Positions 41,887 through 53,237 of a DNA stretch of 64,000 bases are shown here, piece by piece. How positions within the stretch are numbered: the stretch's first letter is position 1; each line of letters starts with the position of its first letter. Source of the stretch: an uncultured Actinomycetes bacterium (GTDB taxonomy: Bacteria; Actinomycetota; Acidimicrobiia; IMCC26256; DASPTH01). The translations under genes and the position numbers were made by a program. The notes beneath the pieces were generated by a model. That model did no database searches, was not told the origin of the DNA, and saw nothing but the letters and a program-made list of their open reading frames with translations. The stretch spans positions 22,952-86,951 of the forward strand of contig CAWIHV010000004.1 in the NCBI GenBank assembly GCA_963835985.1, read 5' to 3'.

Positions 41887-42378
41887 TCAGTCGGCGGGCT
41901 CACCGGCCTCGATGTCCATGGCCTCCTGCGCACCCAGCTGCTGGCGCTCGCGGCATTCGCCGCCGAACGGTTCGAGCACGAAGGCGACGTGGTCACCGGC
42001 GTCGAGGCGCTCCAGGATCCGTCCCCCGAACCAGTCGCAGTCTCCGAGCACCGGCGCGCCACCCGGGCCTGGTTGCCACCCCCAGCCGTTCAGCTTGCTG
42101 GGATCGTCGTGCGCGGTCGTGCCGCCGAAGTGCTCGGCGATGCGGTGCTGGTCGGCGCGCAAGCGGTGCACCACCACCACCTCGGCCTTCCGCGCAAGCT
42201 CGTAGGTGTGGTTCGCCTTCGACAGGAAGACCGCGAACCGCGCCGGGTCGATGCTGCACTGGCTCGTGAAGCCGACGAGGCACGCGTCGGCATCGTCGCC
42301 TGTCGCGGCCGCGACGACGAACATCGGGTACTCGAGGTGTTCGACGATGCACTCGAAGGCGTCCGGACGGTCGGTCAC
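41887..42378 (-). CDS. Flavin reductase-like (FMN-binding split-barrel) protein
   Basis: 163 aa. PMFVVAAATGDDADACLVGFTSQCSIDPARFAVFL fits the flavin reductase domain pattern. Adjacent to the LLM gene. Confidence 0.75.
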   Translation of the reverse strand: MTDRPDAFECIVEHLEYPMFVVAAATGDDADACLVGFTSQCSIDPARFAVFLSKANHTYELARKAEVVVVHRLRADQHRIAEHFGGTTAHDDPSKLNGWGWQPGPGGAPVLGDCDWFGGRILERLDAGDHVAFVLEPFGGECRERQQLGAQEAMDIEAGEPAD

Positions 42379-42417
42379 CCCGGTGCGGCTACCCGAGCGA
42401 CCCCGACGACAAACGGA

Positions 42418-44025
<1,608 letters not shown>

Positions 44026-44106
44026 GGAAACAACTCCAGGAACTCGCGGGCGGGGTCGATCATTCTCGCCGCGCGGCACGCAGAAGTGCCCTCCTAGCCT
44101 GGATCG

Positions 44107-44763
44107 ATGCCCATGCCGACCGAGGAGCTCGTCCCCCCGAAGCCCGCCTGGCGGGGTCGGATCCACCTCGTCGCCTTCCTGGTGTCGATCCCGGCCGGCC
44201 TCGCGCTGGTCCTGTTGAGCGAAGGCGTGTCGGCCCATGTCGGCGCCGCCATCTTCGCGGCGTCCCTCGTCGGCCTGTTCGGCACCAGCGCGATCTACCA
44301 CACCGGCAACTGGGCGCCACACGTGCGGGCGCGGCTGCGGCGCATGGACCACGCGATGATCTTCGTGCTCATCGCCGGCTCCTACACCCCGATCACGCTC
44401 CTCGCACTCCAGCCGGCTTGGGGCATCTCCCTGCTCGCGACCGTGTGGACGGTGGCGGTGGTGGGCGTCACCCTCGCCTTGCTCCACTTCGGCGCCCTGC
44501 ACCGCCTCGGCGGCTACCTCTACATCGGCATGGGTTGGATCGTCGTGATCGCGCTGCCTGCGATCGTCACGTCGCTCGGGCCTTCGGAGCTCGCGCTCCT
44601 GTTCGCCGGCGGTGTCCTGTACACGGTCGGCGCGATCGGCCTCCGGCTCCAGCGGCCGAATCCCCGCCCGTTGGTGTTCGGGTACCACGAGGTGTGGCAC
44701 GCCATGACGGTTGCGGCCGCCGCCTGCCACTTCACGCTCGTCGCCATGCTCGTGCGGGCCTGA
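44107..44763 (+). CDS. Hemolysin III / PAQR-family membrane protein
   Basis: 218 aa. KPAWRGRIHLVAF..., SAIYHTG, MDHAMIFVLIAGSYTP, FGYHEVWHAMTV. Confidence 0.88.
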   Translation: MPMPTEELVPPKPAWRGRIHLVAFLVSIPAGLALVLLSEGVSAHVGAAIFAASLVGLFGTSAIYHTGNWAPHVRARLRRMDHAMIFVLIAGSYTPITLLALQPAWGISLLATVWTVAVVGVTLALLHFGALHRLGGYLYIGMGWIVVIALPAIVTSLGPSELALLFAGGVLYTVGAIGLRLQRPNPRPLVFGYHEVWHAMTVAAAACHFTLVAMLVRA

Positions 44764-44776
44764 TCCGTCCGGAACG

Positions 44777-44795
44777 GGCCCCTTGGCCCGGGGCC
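44777..44795 (+). terminator. GC hairpin after the hemolysin-III gene
   Basis: ggcccc-ttggccc-ggggcc lies 14 nt after the stop and is followed by an unusually AT-rich stretch (ctgcaaaaatttcgcc). Confidence 0.4.
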
Positions 44796-44817
44796 GCCGA
44801 TCTGCAAAAATTTCGCC

Positions 44818-46104
44818 ATGAGCGTCGCGGAGCTCTTGTCCGATGTCCTCGGTGACCGCGTCCCCGTCGCGTTCCGCGCCTACGACGGATCCACCTTCGG
44901 ACCGTCCGACGCGCGCACCACGATCGTGGTGCGTTCACCCGACGCCCTCCGCCGCATCGTGACCGCCCCCGACGAGCTCGGCTTCGGTCGCGCCTACGTC
45001 GCCGGTGAGCTCGAGGTCGACGGCGACATCTTCGACGTGATGGCGGTGGCCAACTACATCGAGGAGCTGCACCTCGGACCGCGTCAGATCCTGGCCGCCG
45101 CCAAGCTCGTGGGCTGGAAGGGCCTGAAGCCGCTCGCGCCTCCGCCCGAAGAAGCCCGCCTCCGCGGGCGGCGCCACTCCCGCGATCGCGATGCCGCCGC
45201 CATCGCGTACCACTACGACGTGTCGAACGACTTCTACCGGATGGTGCTCGGCCCTTCGCTCACGTACTCGTGCGCGGTCTGGCACGACGACACCGCGACG
45301 CTCGAGGACGCGCAGGTGAACAAGCATGAGCTCATCGCGCGCAAGCTCGACCTCCAACCCGGTATGCGGCTCCTCGACGTCGGCTGCGGCTGGGGCGGCA
45401 TGCTCCTGCACGCGGCCGAGCACCACGGTGTCCACGCGGTGGGCGTGACGCTCTCACGGCCGCAGGCCGAGCTCGCACGCAAACGCGTCGCCGAGCACGG
45501 GCTGGGCGACCGGGTCGAGGTGCGCCACGCCGACTTCCGCGACGTCGACGACGGTCCGTACGACGCCATCAGCTCGATCGGCATGTTCGAGCACGTCGGA
45601 TTCACCGAGCTGGCCGGCTACTTCGCACGGTGTCACGCGCTGCTGCGGCCGGAGGGACGGCTGCTGAACCACGGCATCAGCCGTCCGCACCACGCGGGGC
45701 GGAAGCACCGTCACTGGTGGGAGCCGTCGTTCATCGACCGGAGCTTCACCGAGCGCTACGTGTTCCCCGACGGCGAGCTGCACGAGATCGGCAACGTCGT
45801 CTCCGCCATCCAGCGCGCCGGCTTCGAGGCCCGCCACATGGAGAGCCTGCGCGAGCACTACGCGCTCACGCTCCGGTGCTGGGTGCGCAACCTCGAGGAC
45901 AACTGGGACGCCGCCGTCGCCGAGGTCGGACCCGGCCGGGCACGGGTGTGGCGCCTCTACATGGCAGCCGCGGCGATGGGCTTCGAGCACGACGACAACC
46001 AGGTGCACCAGGTGCTGGCCACCGCCACCACCGCTGGCACGAGCGGGATGCCGCTGCGACCCCGATTCACTGACGACGAGGCGCGATTAATGTCCGCGCC
46101 TTAA
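44818..46104 (+). CDS. Cyclopropane-fatty-acyl-phospholipid synthase family SAM methyltransferase
   Basis: 428 aa. YDVSNDFYRMVLGPSLTYSCAVW, LLDVGCGWGGMLLHAA (SAM motif I), SIGMFEHVG. Confidence 0.9.
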   Translation: MSVAELLSDVLGDRVPVAFRAYDGSTFGPSDARTTIVVRSPDALRRIVTAPDELGFGRAYVAGELEVDGDIFDVMAVANYIEELHLGPRQILAAAKLVGWKGLKPLAPPPEEARLRGRRHSRDRDAAAIAYHYDVSNDFYRMVLGPSLTYSCAVWHDDTATLEDAQVNKHELIARKLDLQPGMRLLDVGCGWGGMLLHAAEHHGVHAVGVTLSRPQAELARKRVAEHGLGDRVEVRHADFRDVDDGPYDAISSIGMFEHVGFTELAGYFARCHALLRPEGRLLNHGISRPHHAGRKHRHWWEPSFIDRSFTERYVFPDGELHEIGNVVSAIQRAGFEARHMESLREHYALTLRCWVRNLEDNWDAAVAEVGPGRARVWRLYMAAAAMGFEHDDNQVHQVLATATTAGTSGMPLRPRFTDDEARLMSAP

Positions 46105-46124
46105 CCGTCTGACGGGGGGTACCC

Positions 46125-47240
46125 GTGAAGTTCGCGCTCTTCTACGAGATCCCGGTCGCTCGGCCCTGGACGCCGGGCAAGGAGCACCAGGCCTACAAGG
46201 ACACGCTCGAGCAGGCGATCCTCGGCGATCAGATGGGCTTCCACGCGTTCTGGACCGTGGAGCACCACTTCCTCGAGGAGTACTCGCACTGCTCCAACCC
46301 CGAGGTGCTCTACGGCGCGGTCGCCGCGCGCACCAAGAACATCCGCATCGGGTACGGCGTGCGCCTCCTCCCCGCTCCGTACAACCACCCGATCCGCACC
46401 GCGGAGTCGGTCGCGGTGCTCGACCTCATCTCCGACGGTCGGGTCGACTTCGGCACCGGCCGCTCGTCGACCCGGGCCGAGCTCGAGGGGTTCAACGTCG
46501 ATCCCGACCAGACGCGGGCGATGTGGCGCGAGGCGCTCGGGCACATCGTGGGTGCGTGGACCGAGGACGAGTACCAGGCGCAAGGCGAGTACTGGCAGAT
46601 GGGCGCGCCGCGCCGCGTGCTCCCGAAGCCGCTGCAACAGCCGCACCCGCCGATGTTCGGTGCGACCAGCAGCCTGCCCGGTCACGAGGAGATCGGCCAG
46701 CGCGGTCTCGGGCTCTGCTCGTTCACCGTCGGCCTCCCGCCGGAACAGCTCGCCGACAACATCGCGATGTACCGCAAGGGTCTCGCCGCGTGCGAGCAGC
46801 CCGCCGGCAAGTTCATCAACGAGACCGCGGCAACCTTCACGATGGTGCTGTGTGCACCCACCAACGAAGAGGCCACCGAGGTCGCGCGCGAGTCGTTCGA
46901 GTGGTACCCGAAGTACGGCGGCGGGCTGATTGCGTCGGTCGCCGAGTGGCAGGAGGAGCGCGGGATCACCGGCGATGCCCTCGGCACCTACCAGTACACG
47001 GGTGACGCCATGAAGCTGAAGCGCGACGGCGTGATGGGTCAGCTCACCATCGACTACCTGCGCGACTCGGGCTCCGCGGTGATGGGCGATCCCGACGCGT
47101 GCATCGCCGCGGCCAAGCGCTACGAAGCCGTCGGCTGCGACCTGCTGCTCTGCCTGGTCAACCCGTACAAGATCCCGCACGAGAAGGTCATGCAGACGAT
47201 CGAGCTCATGGGCAAGCACGTCCTGCCGGAGTTCAAGTGA
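46125..47240 (+). CDS. LLM-class flavin-dependent oxidoreductase
   Basis: 371 aa. MKFALFYEIPVARPW..., FHAFWTVEHHFLEEYSHCSNPE, GRVDFGTGRSS. Confidence 0.88.
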   Translation: MKFALFYEIPVARPWTPGKEHQAYKDTLEQAILGDQMGFHAFWTVEHHFLEEYSHCSNPEVLYGAVAARTKNIRIGYGVRLLPAPYNHPIRTAESVAVLDLISDGRVDFGTGRSSTRAELEGFNVDPDQTRAMWREALGHIVGAWTEDEYQAQGEYWQMGAPRRVLPKPLQQPHPPMFGATSSLPGHEEIGQRGLGLCSFTVGLPPEQLADNIAMYRKGLAACEQPAGKFINETAATFTMVLCAPTNEEATEVARESFEWYPKYGGGLIASVAEWQEERGITGDALGTYQYTGDAMKLKRDGVMGQLTIDYLRDSGSAVMGDPDACIAAAKRYEAVGCDLLLCLVNPYKIPHEKVMQTIELMGKHVLPEFK

Positions 47241-47250
47241 GGTCGGTCAA

Positions 47251-48021
47251 GTGAGCGGGCGCATCGAGGGCAAGGTCGCACTCATCACCGGCGCGGCGTC
47301 TGGCCTCGGGCTCGCGACCGCGGAGCGCTTCGCGAAGGAGGGCGCGGTGGTCGTCGGGGCCGACGTCAGCGTGGACGCCAAATCTGAAGCCAGCGGTGTG
47401 CGGGCGCTCGACGTGCGCGATGAGGCCGCGGTCAGCGCGCTCGTCGACGCGATCGTCGCCGAGCACGGGCGTCTCGACGTGGTCGTGAACTACGCCGGCG
47501 TCGCCGGCGGTGGCCCCGTGCACCTGGTCGACGCCGCCGACTGGGACCGCGTGCTCGACGTGAACCTGAAGGGCACGTTCCTGGTCAACAAGCACGCGCT
47601 GCGGCCGATGCTCGAGCAGAAGTCGGGCAGCATCGTGAACATCGCGAGCGTCGAGGGGCTGCAGGGCACCGAGGGCGGCAGCTCGTACAACGCGTCGAAG
47701 GGCGCGGTCGTCGTGCTCACCAAGAACATGGCCATCGACTACGGCCGCGCCGGCATCCGGGTCAACGCCATCTGCCCCGGCTTCATCGACACCCCGATGT
47801 TCCGCGCGGTGATGGGCAGCGAGCACATGGCGCAGTTCCGCGACGAGTACCGCGACGACCACATGCTGGGCCGCTTCGGGCGCCCGGAGGAGATCGCCGC
47901 GGCCGCGCTGTTCCTGGCGTCGGACGATGCGTCGTTCGTCACCGGCGTCGCGCTCCCGGTCGACGGCGGGTACCTCGCTGGCACGCGCACCGGGCTGAGT
48001 GATCTCATGGGAATCGGCTGA
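47251..48021 (+). CDS. Short-chain dehydrogenase/reductase
   Basis: 256 aa. GKVALITGAASGLG, NYAG, SSYNASKGAV (YxxxK), PGFIDTPM. Confidence 0.92.
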   Translation: MSGRIEGKVALITGAASGLGLATAERFAKEGAVVVGADVSVDAKSEASGVRALDVRDEAAVSALVDAIVAEHGRLDVVVNYAGVAGGGPVHLVDAADWDRVLDVNLKGTFLVNKHALRPMLEQKSGSIVNIASVEGLQGTEGGSSYNASKGAVVVLTKNMAIDYGRAGIRVNAICPGFIDTPMFRAVMGSEHMAQFRDEYRDDHMLGRFGRPEEIAAAALFLASDDASFVTGVALPVDGGYLAGTRTGLSDLMGIG

Positions 48022-48052
48022 ACCGGCTCGGCCGGGACACGGAGGAGTCCAC

Positions 48053-48508
48053 ATGCCCAAGTTCCGCTTCAACCACATGGAGCTCTCGTTCGCCAAGGGG
48101 ACGCTCACGCCGCAGTTCCGCGACGAAGTCGACGCCTTCTACGGCGACGTGCTCGGCTGGCGCACCCTCGACACCGAGGTCGTCGGCCAGCTCTGCCACC
48201 TGCTCCTCCCCGACGACGGCCAGTTCATCCTCCTCGCCGAGGGCAAGGAACCGATCTCGTCGCCCGGCTACGACCACCTCGGTCTGCTGATGGACACCCG
48301 GGAAGAGGTCGACGCCATCCTCGAGGAGTGCCAGCGGTTCGCGGAGAAGGACGACCGCATGCGCATCAAGGTCTACGAGGATCTCGTGAGTCCTACAGTG
48401 ACCACGCACGCGTTCTACGTGAAGTACCTGCTGCCGATCTGGTTCGACGTCCAGTGCATCGAGCGGACGAGCGGGCCGGCACCCGAGCGCAGCTGGCAGT
48501 ACGTCTGA
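48053..48508 (+). CDS. VOC (glyoxalase/bleomycin-resistance/dioxygenase) family protein
   Basis: ATG at 48053 after GGAGGAG. FNHMELSF..., YDHLGLLM. 151 aa. Confidence 0.7.
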   Translation: MPKFRFNHMELSFAKGTLTPQFRDEVDAFYGDVLGWRTLDTEVVGQLCHLLLPDDGQFILLAEGKEPISSPGYDHLGLLMDTREEVDAILEECQRFAEKDDRMRIKVYEDLVSPTVTTHAFYVKYLLPIWFDVQCIERTSGPAPERSWQYV

Positions 48509-48522
48509 GGGGGATCGCACAC

Positions 48523-49714
48523 ATGACCGAACCGACCGCCACCGAAGAGCTCTTCCTCCCCGAGCCACTGCCGCGGGAGGTGAAGTACACGGTGATCTCG
48601 GTCGACGATCACGTCGTCGAGCCGCCGCACACGTTCGAAGGTCGCCTCCCCGCGCACCTGCAGGACCGCGCGCCAGCGCGTCGCCGACCGTGACGGACTC
48701 CAGATCTGGGAGTTCGAGGACCAGAAGTTCACGCAGGTGGGGATGAACGCCATCGCGGGACGCAAGCCGACGCAGAAGAAGGAGCCGTTCCGCTTCGACC
48801 AGATGCGCCCGAGCTGTTACGACGTCGACGCCCGCGTGCGCGACATGGACGTCAACGGCGTGTGGGCCGCGGTCAACTTCCCGTCGATGGTCACCGGCTT
48901 CTGCGGGCGAGTGTTCTTCAACGCCGAGGACCCCGAGCTCGGTCAGGCCTGCATCCGCGCGTGGAACGACTGGCTGTTCGAGGAGTGGTACACGCCTCAC
49001 CCCACGCGCATCGTCCCGCTCGGCATCGCCATGCTGAGCGACCCGGCCGCCGCGGTCGCCGAGATCCACCGCAACGCCGAGCGTGGGTTCACCGGCATCT
49101 CGATGCCGGAACGGCCCGATGCCATCGGGCTTCCCAGCCTCTGGGAGCGCGACCACTGGGACCCGATCATCCAGGCGTGCGACGACACCGACACGGTGAT
49201 CTCGCTGCACGTCGGCAGCTCAGGTTCGGTGATGGGTCCCCCGGGCTCCCCCGGCCTCCAGATCGGCGCCACGCTCTTCGGCCAGCTCTCGCTGCATGCG
49301 GCCGCGGAATGGCTGTGGTCGGAGTACCCGGTGAAGCATCCGACGCTCAAGATCGCGATGAGCGAAGGCGGCATCGGCTGGGTGGCGATGCTCATCGACC
49401 GCCTCGACAACCTCGTCGACCGCTCCGGCTACGGCCGCGGCTGGGAGGAGCGCCCATCCGACGTGTTGCGGCGCAACTTCTGGTTCTGCACCCTCGACGA
49501 CCCGTCGACGATCGACACGCGCCACACCATCGGGGTCGAGAACATCATGGTGGAGACCGACTTCCCGCACGGCGACGGCACGTGGCCGGACACGCAGCTG
49601 GTGATCGAGAAGCTGTGGGGCCACATCCCCGATGACGAGCTCCGCATGATGTGCTGCGAGAACGCCGCGAAGCTCTATCGCCACCCGCTCCCCGACGTCG
49701 TGCTCCCGAAGTAG
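48523..49714 (+). CDS. Amidohydrolase-2 (ACMSD-like) family protein; one extra base near 48676
   Basis: ORF 48328..48693 (from the ATG at 48523, MTEPTATEELFLPEPLPREVKYTVISVDDHVVEPPH) joins ORF 48737..49714 as ...HLQDRAP|RVADRDGLQIWEFEDQKFTQVGMNAIAG. C-terminal ENIMVETDFPHGDGTWP. Corrected length is 396 aa. Confidence 0.85.
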
Positions 49715-49724
49715 TTCCACCGCG

Positions 49725-49763
49725 CGTCACCGGCCCGTCTGCGAAGCTTCGCGCCGGATGACG
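49725..49763 (+). terminator. Extended hairpin after the amidohydrolase gene
   Basis: cgtcaccggc-ccgtct-gcgaag/cttcgc-gccggatgacg has outer arms complementary except for one inserted base and a perfect 12-nt central palindrome. Confidence 0.45.
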
Positions 49764-49810
49764 ACCACGACTGACCGCGCCCGACGACCGGGGCGGCCGA
49801 GCCGTCGCGC

Positions 49811-52183
49811 ATGGCGGCGTGGCGCGCGCATTCCTTCGGGCCCGCGTCGGAGCAGCCCTACCGTCGGCGCACCAGCGACTGGGTGCGCCTCGTCATCGGC
49901 ATCGCGATCCTCGTCTTCGCGATCTGGCACCAGGACGATCCCGGCACCTTCGAACGCAACCTCTTCACCACCCTCAACGGGCTCCCGAACGAGCTCGACA
50001 CGTTCTTCCGGCTGCTGTATGCGCTCGGCGCGCTCTGGGCGCTCGCCCTGGTCGTGGTGACGGCGCTCGCGGCCCGGCGGTGGCGGCTGGCGCGCGACAT
50101 GGCCATCGGCGGCGTCACCGCGTGGGTGCTCGCCCGTCTCATCGGCACGCTCGTCGTCGAGAACGCGAGCTTGCAGCACGCGCTCGACGTCGACCACGAG
50201 GTTCGGCGACGACTCCGTCGCGTTCCCTGCGGTGCGGGTGGCGGTGATCGTGGCGGTGATCTCGGTGGCGTCGCCCTACCTCACCCGACCGATCCGCCGG
50301 CTCGGGCAATTGCTCGTCCTGCTGATCGCCATCGCGTCCATGTACCTCGGCACCACGTTGCCCGACGGCCTGCTCGCTGCGGTCGCCCTCGGGTGGAGCA
50401 TCGCCGCGCTCGTGCATCTCGTCTTCGGTTCGCCGGGCGGGCGCCCGACGACCGCCCAGGTGGAGGCCACGCTGGTCGAGCTGGGCGTCGACGCCCACGA
50501 CGTCCGTCTCCTCCCCCACCAACCGTCGAACGGCACCGCCATGAGCGCGCGCGACGACACCGGCGATCTCATGGTGCGCGTGCTCGGGCGCGACGAAGCC
50601 GACGCGCAGCTCATGTCGAAGTTCTGGCGCTCGCTCGCTTACAAGGACGGCGGCCCTGCGCTGCACACGACACGCCTGGAGGACGTCGAGGCGCAGGCGT
50701 ACGCGATGCTGCTCGCCGAACGCGCCGGCGTACAGGTTCCTGCGGTGGTGGTCGCGGGCACGGCCGGACCGGGCGCCGCCCTCATCGCCTCCCGACCGCT
50801 GGCCGGGACTCGGCTCTCCGACATGGATGCCGACGCGGTCACCGACGCGATGCTGGACGACCTCTGGAAGCAGGTCGCCGCGATGCACGCCGCTCGGGTC
50901 GCGCACGGTCGGCTGAACTGCAACCACTCGTGGTCGACGGCGCGACCGTCGGCATCGGCGACTTCGAGTTCGCCGCCGGCGCCGCCGCCACCGGACGGCG
51001 CGCCGCCGACATCGCCGAGCTCCTCGTGAGCACCGCGCTGCTCGTGGGCGACGACCGCGCCGTCGCCGCCGCGCGCGCCGGCCTCGGCGATGCGGCCATC
51101 ATCGAGGCGCTCCCCTACCTCCAGCCCGCGGCGCTGAGCCGCGACCTGCGCGTCGACCGCCGTCACCGCAAGGAGCGTTCGCAGGAGGTCGCGTCGGTGC
51201 GGGCGGCTGCCGCGACCGCCACCGGCACCGACGAGCCGCCGCTGCAGGAGCTCCACCGCGTCAGCGGCACCAACCTGATGATGGCGGTCGGCACGCTGAT
51301 CGCGATCTTCGCCCTCCTGAGCCAGGTGGGCAGCCCGCAGGAGCTGTGGGACACCATCACCAACGCCGACATCGGCTGGCTCATCGTGGCGATGATCATC
51401 TCGTTGCTCACGAACTTCGCCACCGCCATCGCGCTGATGGGGACGGTCCCGATCAACTTGCCGCTCGTGCGCACTGCGGAGCTGCAGCTCTCGATGTCGT
51501 TCTCGAACCTCGCGGTGCCGGCCATCGGCGGCATGGCCGCGCAGATCCGGTTCCTGCAGAAGCAGGGGGTCGACCTTGCGTCGGCGGTCGCATCGGGTGG
51601 CCTGCTGATCAACGTCGGCAACATCGTCGCCCAGGTGATGCTGCTCGGCGTCGCGCTGCTGCTGGCGCCGACCAAGATCCACGTCGAACCCATCGACACG
51701 CAGAAGCTCGTCACCTTGGTGCTGGTGGTCATCGTGGTCGCGGTCATCGTCGTCGGGCTGATCCTCGCGATCCCCAAATTGCGCAACTACGTCGTGCCGC
51801 CCACCAAAGCCGCCGCGGCCACGCTCTGGGAGGCCGTGCGCTCACCCCGGCGGGTCGCGCTGCTGCTCGGCGGCAACGCCATCAACGCGCTGATGTACGC
51901 GGGCGTGTACATGGCGTGCATCTACGCGTTCGGCGGATCCATCAATTACTGGACGCTCCTGTCGCTCAACATCATCATCTCGACGCTGGCGTCACTGGTG
52001 CCGATACCCGGCGGCAACACCGCGGTGTCGTCGGTCGGCATGTCCGGCGCGCTGGCCGCCGTCGGCGTGCCCACCGACATCGCGGTCGCCGCCGTGCTCG
52101 CCGACCAGTTGGTCGCGAGCTTCATCCCCGCGGTGCCTGGTTGGTGGGCCACGAACGACCTGCTGCACGACGACTATCTCTAG
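49811..52183 (+). CDS. Paralog 2 of the TM + kinase-like (pseudokinase) + LPG-synthase-TM/UPF0104 membrane protein; two compensating indels (~50201 and ~50927)
   Basis: The 790-aa ORF is open throughout, but residues encoded between ~50201 and ~50927 are Arg/Pro/Gly junk. The conserved sequence sits in ORF 50232..51029 (frame +1): FGDDSVAFPAVRVAVIVAVISVASPYLTRPIRRLGQ...LMVRVLGRDEAD...VAHGRLN. It returns to the original frame at LVVDGATVGIGDFEFAAG. Colinear with paralog 1 over its whole length. Confidence 0.8.
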   Translation: MAAWRAHSFGPASEQPYRRRTSDWVRLVIGIAILVFAIWHQDDPGTFERNLFTTLNGLPNELDTFFRLLYALGALWALALVVVTALAARRWRLARDMAIGGVTAWVLARLIGTLVVENASLQHALDVDHEVRRRLRRVPCGAGGGDRGGDLGGVALPHPTDPPARAIARPADRHRVHVPRHHVARRPARCGRPRVEHRRARASRLRFAGRAPDDRPGGGHAGRAGRRRPRRPSPPPPTVERHRHERARRHRRSHGARARARRSRRAAHVEVLALARLQGRRPCAAHDTPGGRRGAGVRDAARRTRRRTGSCGGGRGHGRTGRRPHRLPTAGRDSALRHGCRRGHRRDAGRPLEAGRRDARRSGRARSAELQPLVVDGATVGIGDFEFAAGAAATGRRAADIAELLVSTALLVGDDRAVAAARAGLGDAAIIEALPYLQPAALSRDLRVDRRHRKERSQEVASVRAAAATATGTDEPPLQELHRVSGTNLMMAVGTLIAIFALLSQVGSPQELWDTITNADIGWLIVAMIISLLTNFATAIALMGTVPINLPLVRTAELQLSMSFSNLAVPAIGGMAAQIRFLQKQGVDLASAVASGGLLINVGNIVAQVMLLGVALLLAPTKIHVEPIDTQKLVTLVLVVIVVAVIVVGLILAIPKLRNYVVPPTKAAAATLWEAVRSPRRVALLLGGNAINALMYAGVYMACIYAFGGSINYWTLLSLNIIISTLASLVPIPGGNTAVSSVGMSGALAAVGVPTDIAVAAVLADQLVASFIPAVPGWWATNDLLHDDYL

Positions 52184-53237
52184 GCGGACGCACTCCCGGT
52201 CGGTGTCGCGCCCTCATGGCGCGGATGGCGCCGCCGGAACATCCACGCGGCGATGCCACCGATCGGGATCGGCAGCCAGAAGGTGAGCAGTCGGTAGACC
52301 AGCGTTGCCACCAACGCATCGCCGGTGGAGATCCCCGCCACCGCGAGCGTCGCCGCGAGTCCCGCCTCCACGAACCCGAGCCCACCCGGGGTGAACGGGA
52401 TCAGTCCCAACACCGACGCCACGACGAACGCCAGCAGCACCAACGCGGGATCCGGATCGGCCGAGAGCCCGCACAGCGTCAAGCAGGAGCACGGCGTACT
52501 CGAGCAGCCAACGCGCGAGCGACGCCCCCAGCGCGAGCTCCCACTGGGGACCGATCTCGCGCCGGATGCGGTCGCGGCCCTCGATCAGCCGATCGCCCAG
52601 CGGATCGTCGGTCGTGGTGCGGTGGAGCTTGCCCCGGACCCAGGTCACCGCGCGGCCGAGCCCTCGGAGCGGCCCATCGGCGACGAACAGCGCGGTGCCG
52701 ATGACGACCATGAGGACGAACACCGGGATCCCGATCCAGAACGCCTGGAGCAGACCGGTCGGAACCTGCGTGCCCGACGAGGATGAACGGCAGTGCGAAC
52801 AGCGGGAGCGCGACGATCGACGCGGTGCTCAGCACCGACTGGACCGTGAGGGCGGTCGCCGCGTGCGCGACACCAAAGCCGGCATCAGCGAGCATGTTGG
52901 CCTGGAGCGCGGTACCGGTGGCGCCGCCACCCGGGGTGATGCGGTTGAAGGCGTTGCCGGCGAGCTGCGTCGTGCTCACCGAGAACCAATCGCGCGTGCC
53001 GAGGGCGAGGGCCTGCACCAACCACACCGACGCGAAGCTGCCGACGGCGCACGCCGTCGCCGGCAGGAGGTAGATGGGCTGCACGTCGCCGAGGCGGTCG
53101 TAGGCGGAGAACACCTCGGCGATGCTGGGCGCGAAGAAGTAGATGCAGATCACGCTCAGCGCCAGGAATGCGACCCGTCCCACCGTCCAGTGGGGATGCT
53201 CGTGGCGGTGGTCGGCTCGGTGCTCGGCATCAAGCAT
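52180..53237 (-). CDS. Stand-alone LPG-synthase-TM/UPF0104 (flippase-like) membrane protein; two extra bases (~52772 and ~52483)
   Basis: Three ORF pieces (52479..53237, 52214..52723, 52180..52482) join as ...LPFILVG|TQVPTGLLQAFWIGIPVFVLMVV... and ...LEYAVLL|LTLCGLSADPDP...GLIPFTPGGLGFVEAGLAA. Corrected length is 351 aa. Its 3' end overlaps paralog 2 by 4 nt (convergent). Confidence 0.8.

Noticed and set aside
44068-44090. gccgcgcggcacgcagaagtgcc in the ABC-F/hemolysin-III spacer resembles the central part of repeat copy C.
   Set aside because: It lacks both CAAAG and CTTTGG arms and the conserved spacing. The similarity is mostly low-complexity CGCG. It probably just contains a small ggcac/gtgcc hairpin.
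50201-50927. Programmed ribosomal frameshifting as an explanation for the frame changes (for example the compensating pair in paralog 2).
   Set aside because: There are no slippery heptamers or downstream pseudoknot-like context at the sites. The events are scattered over unrelated genes, including the 3' ends of era and lysS. Simple insertion or deletion of one base, often in a G/C run, explains every case.
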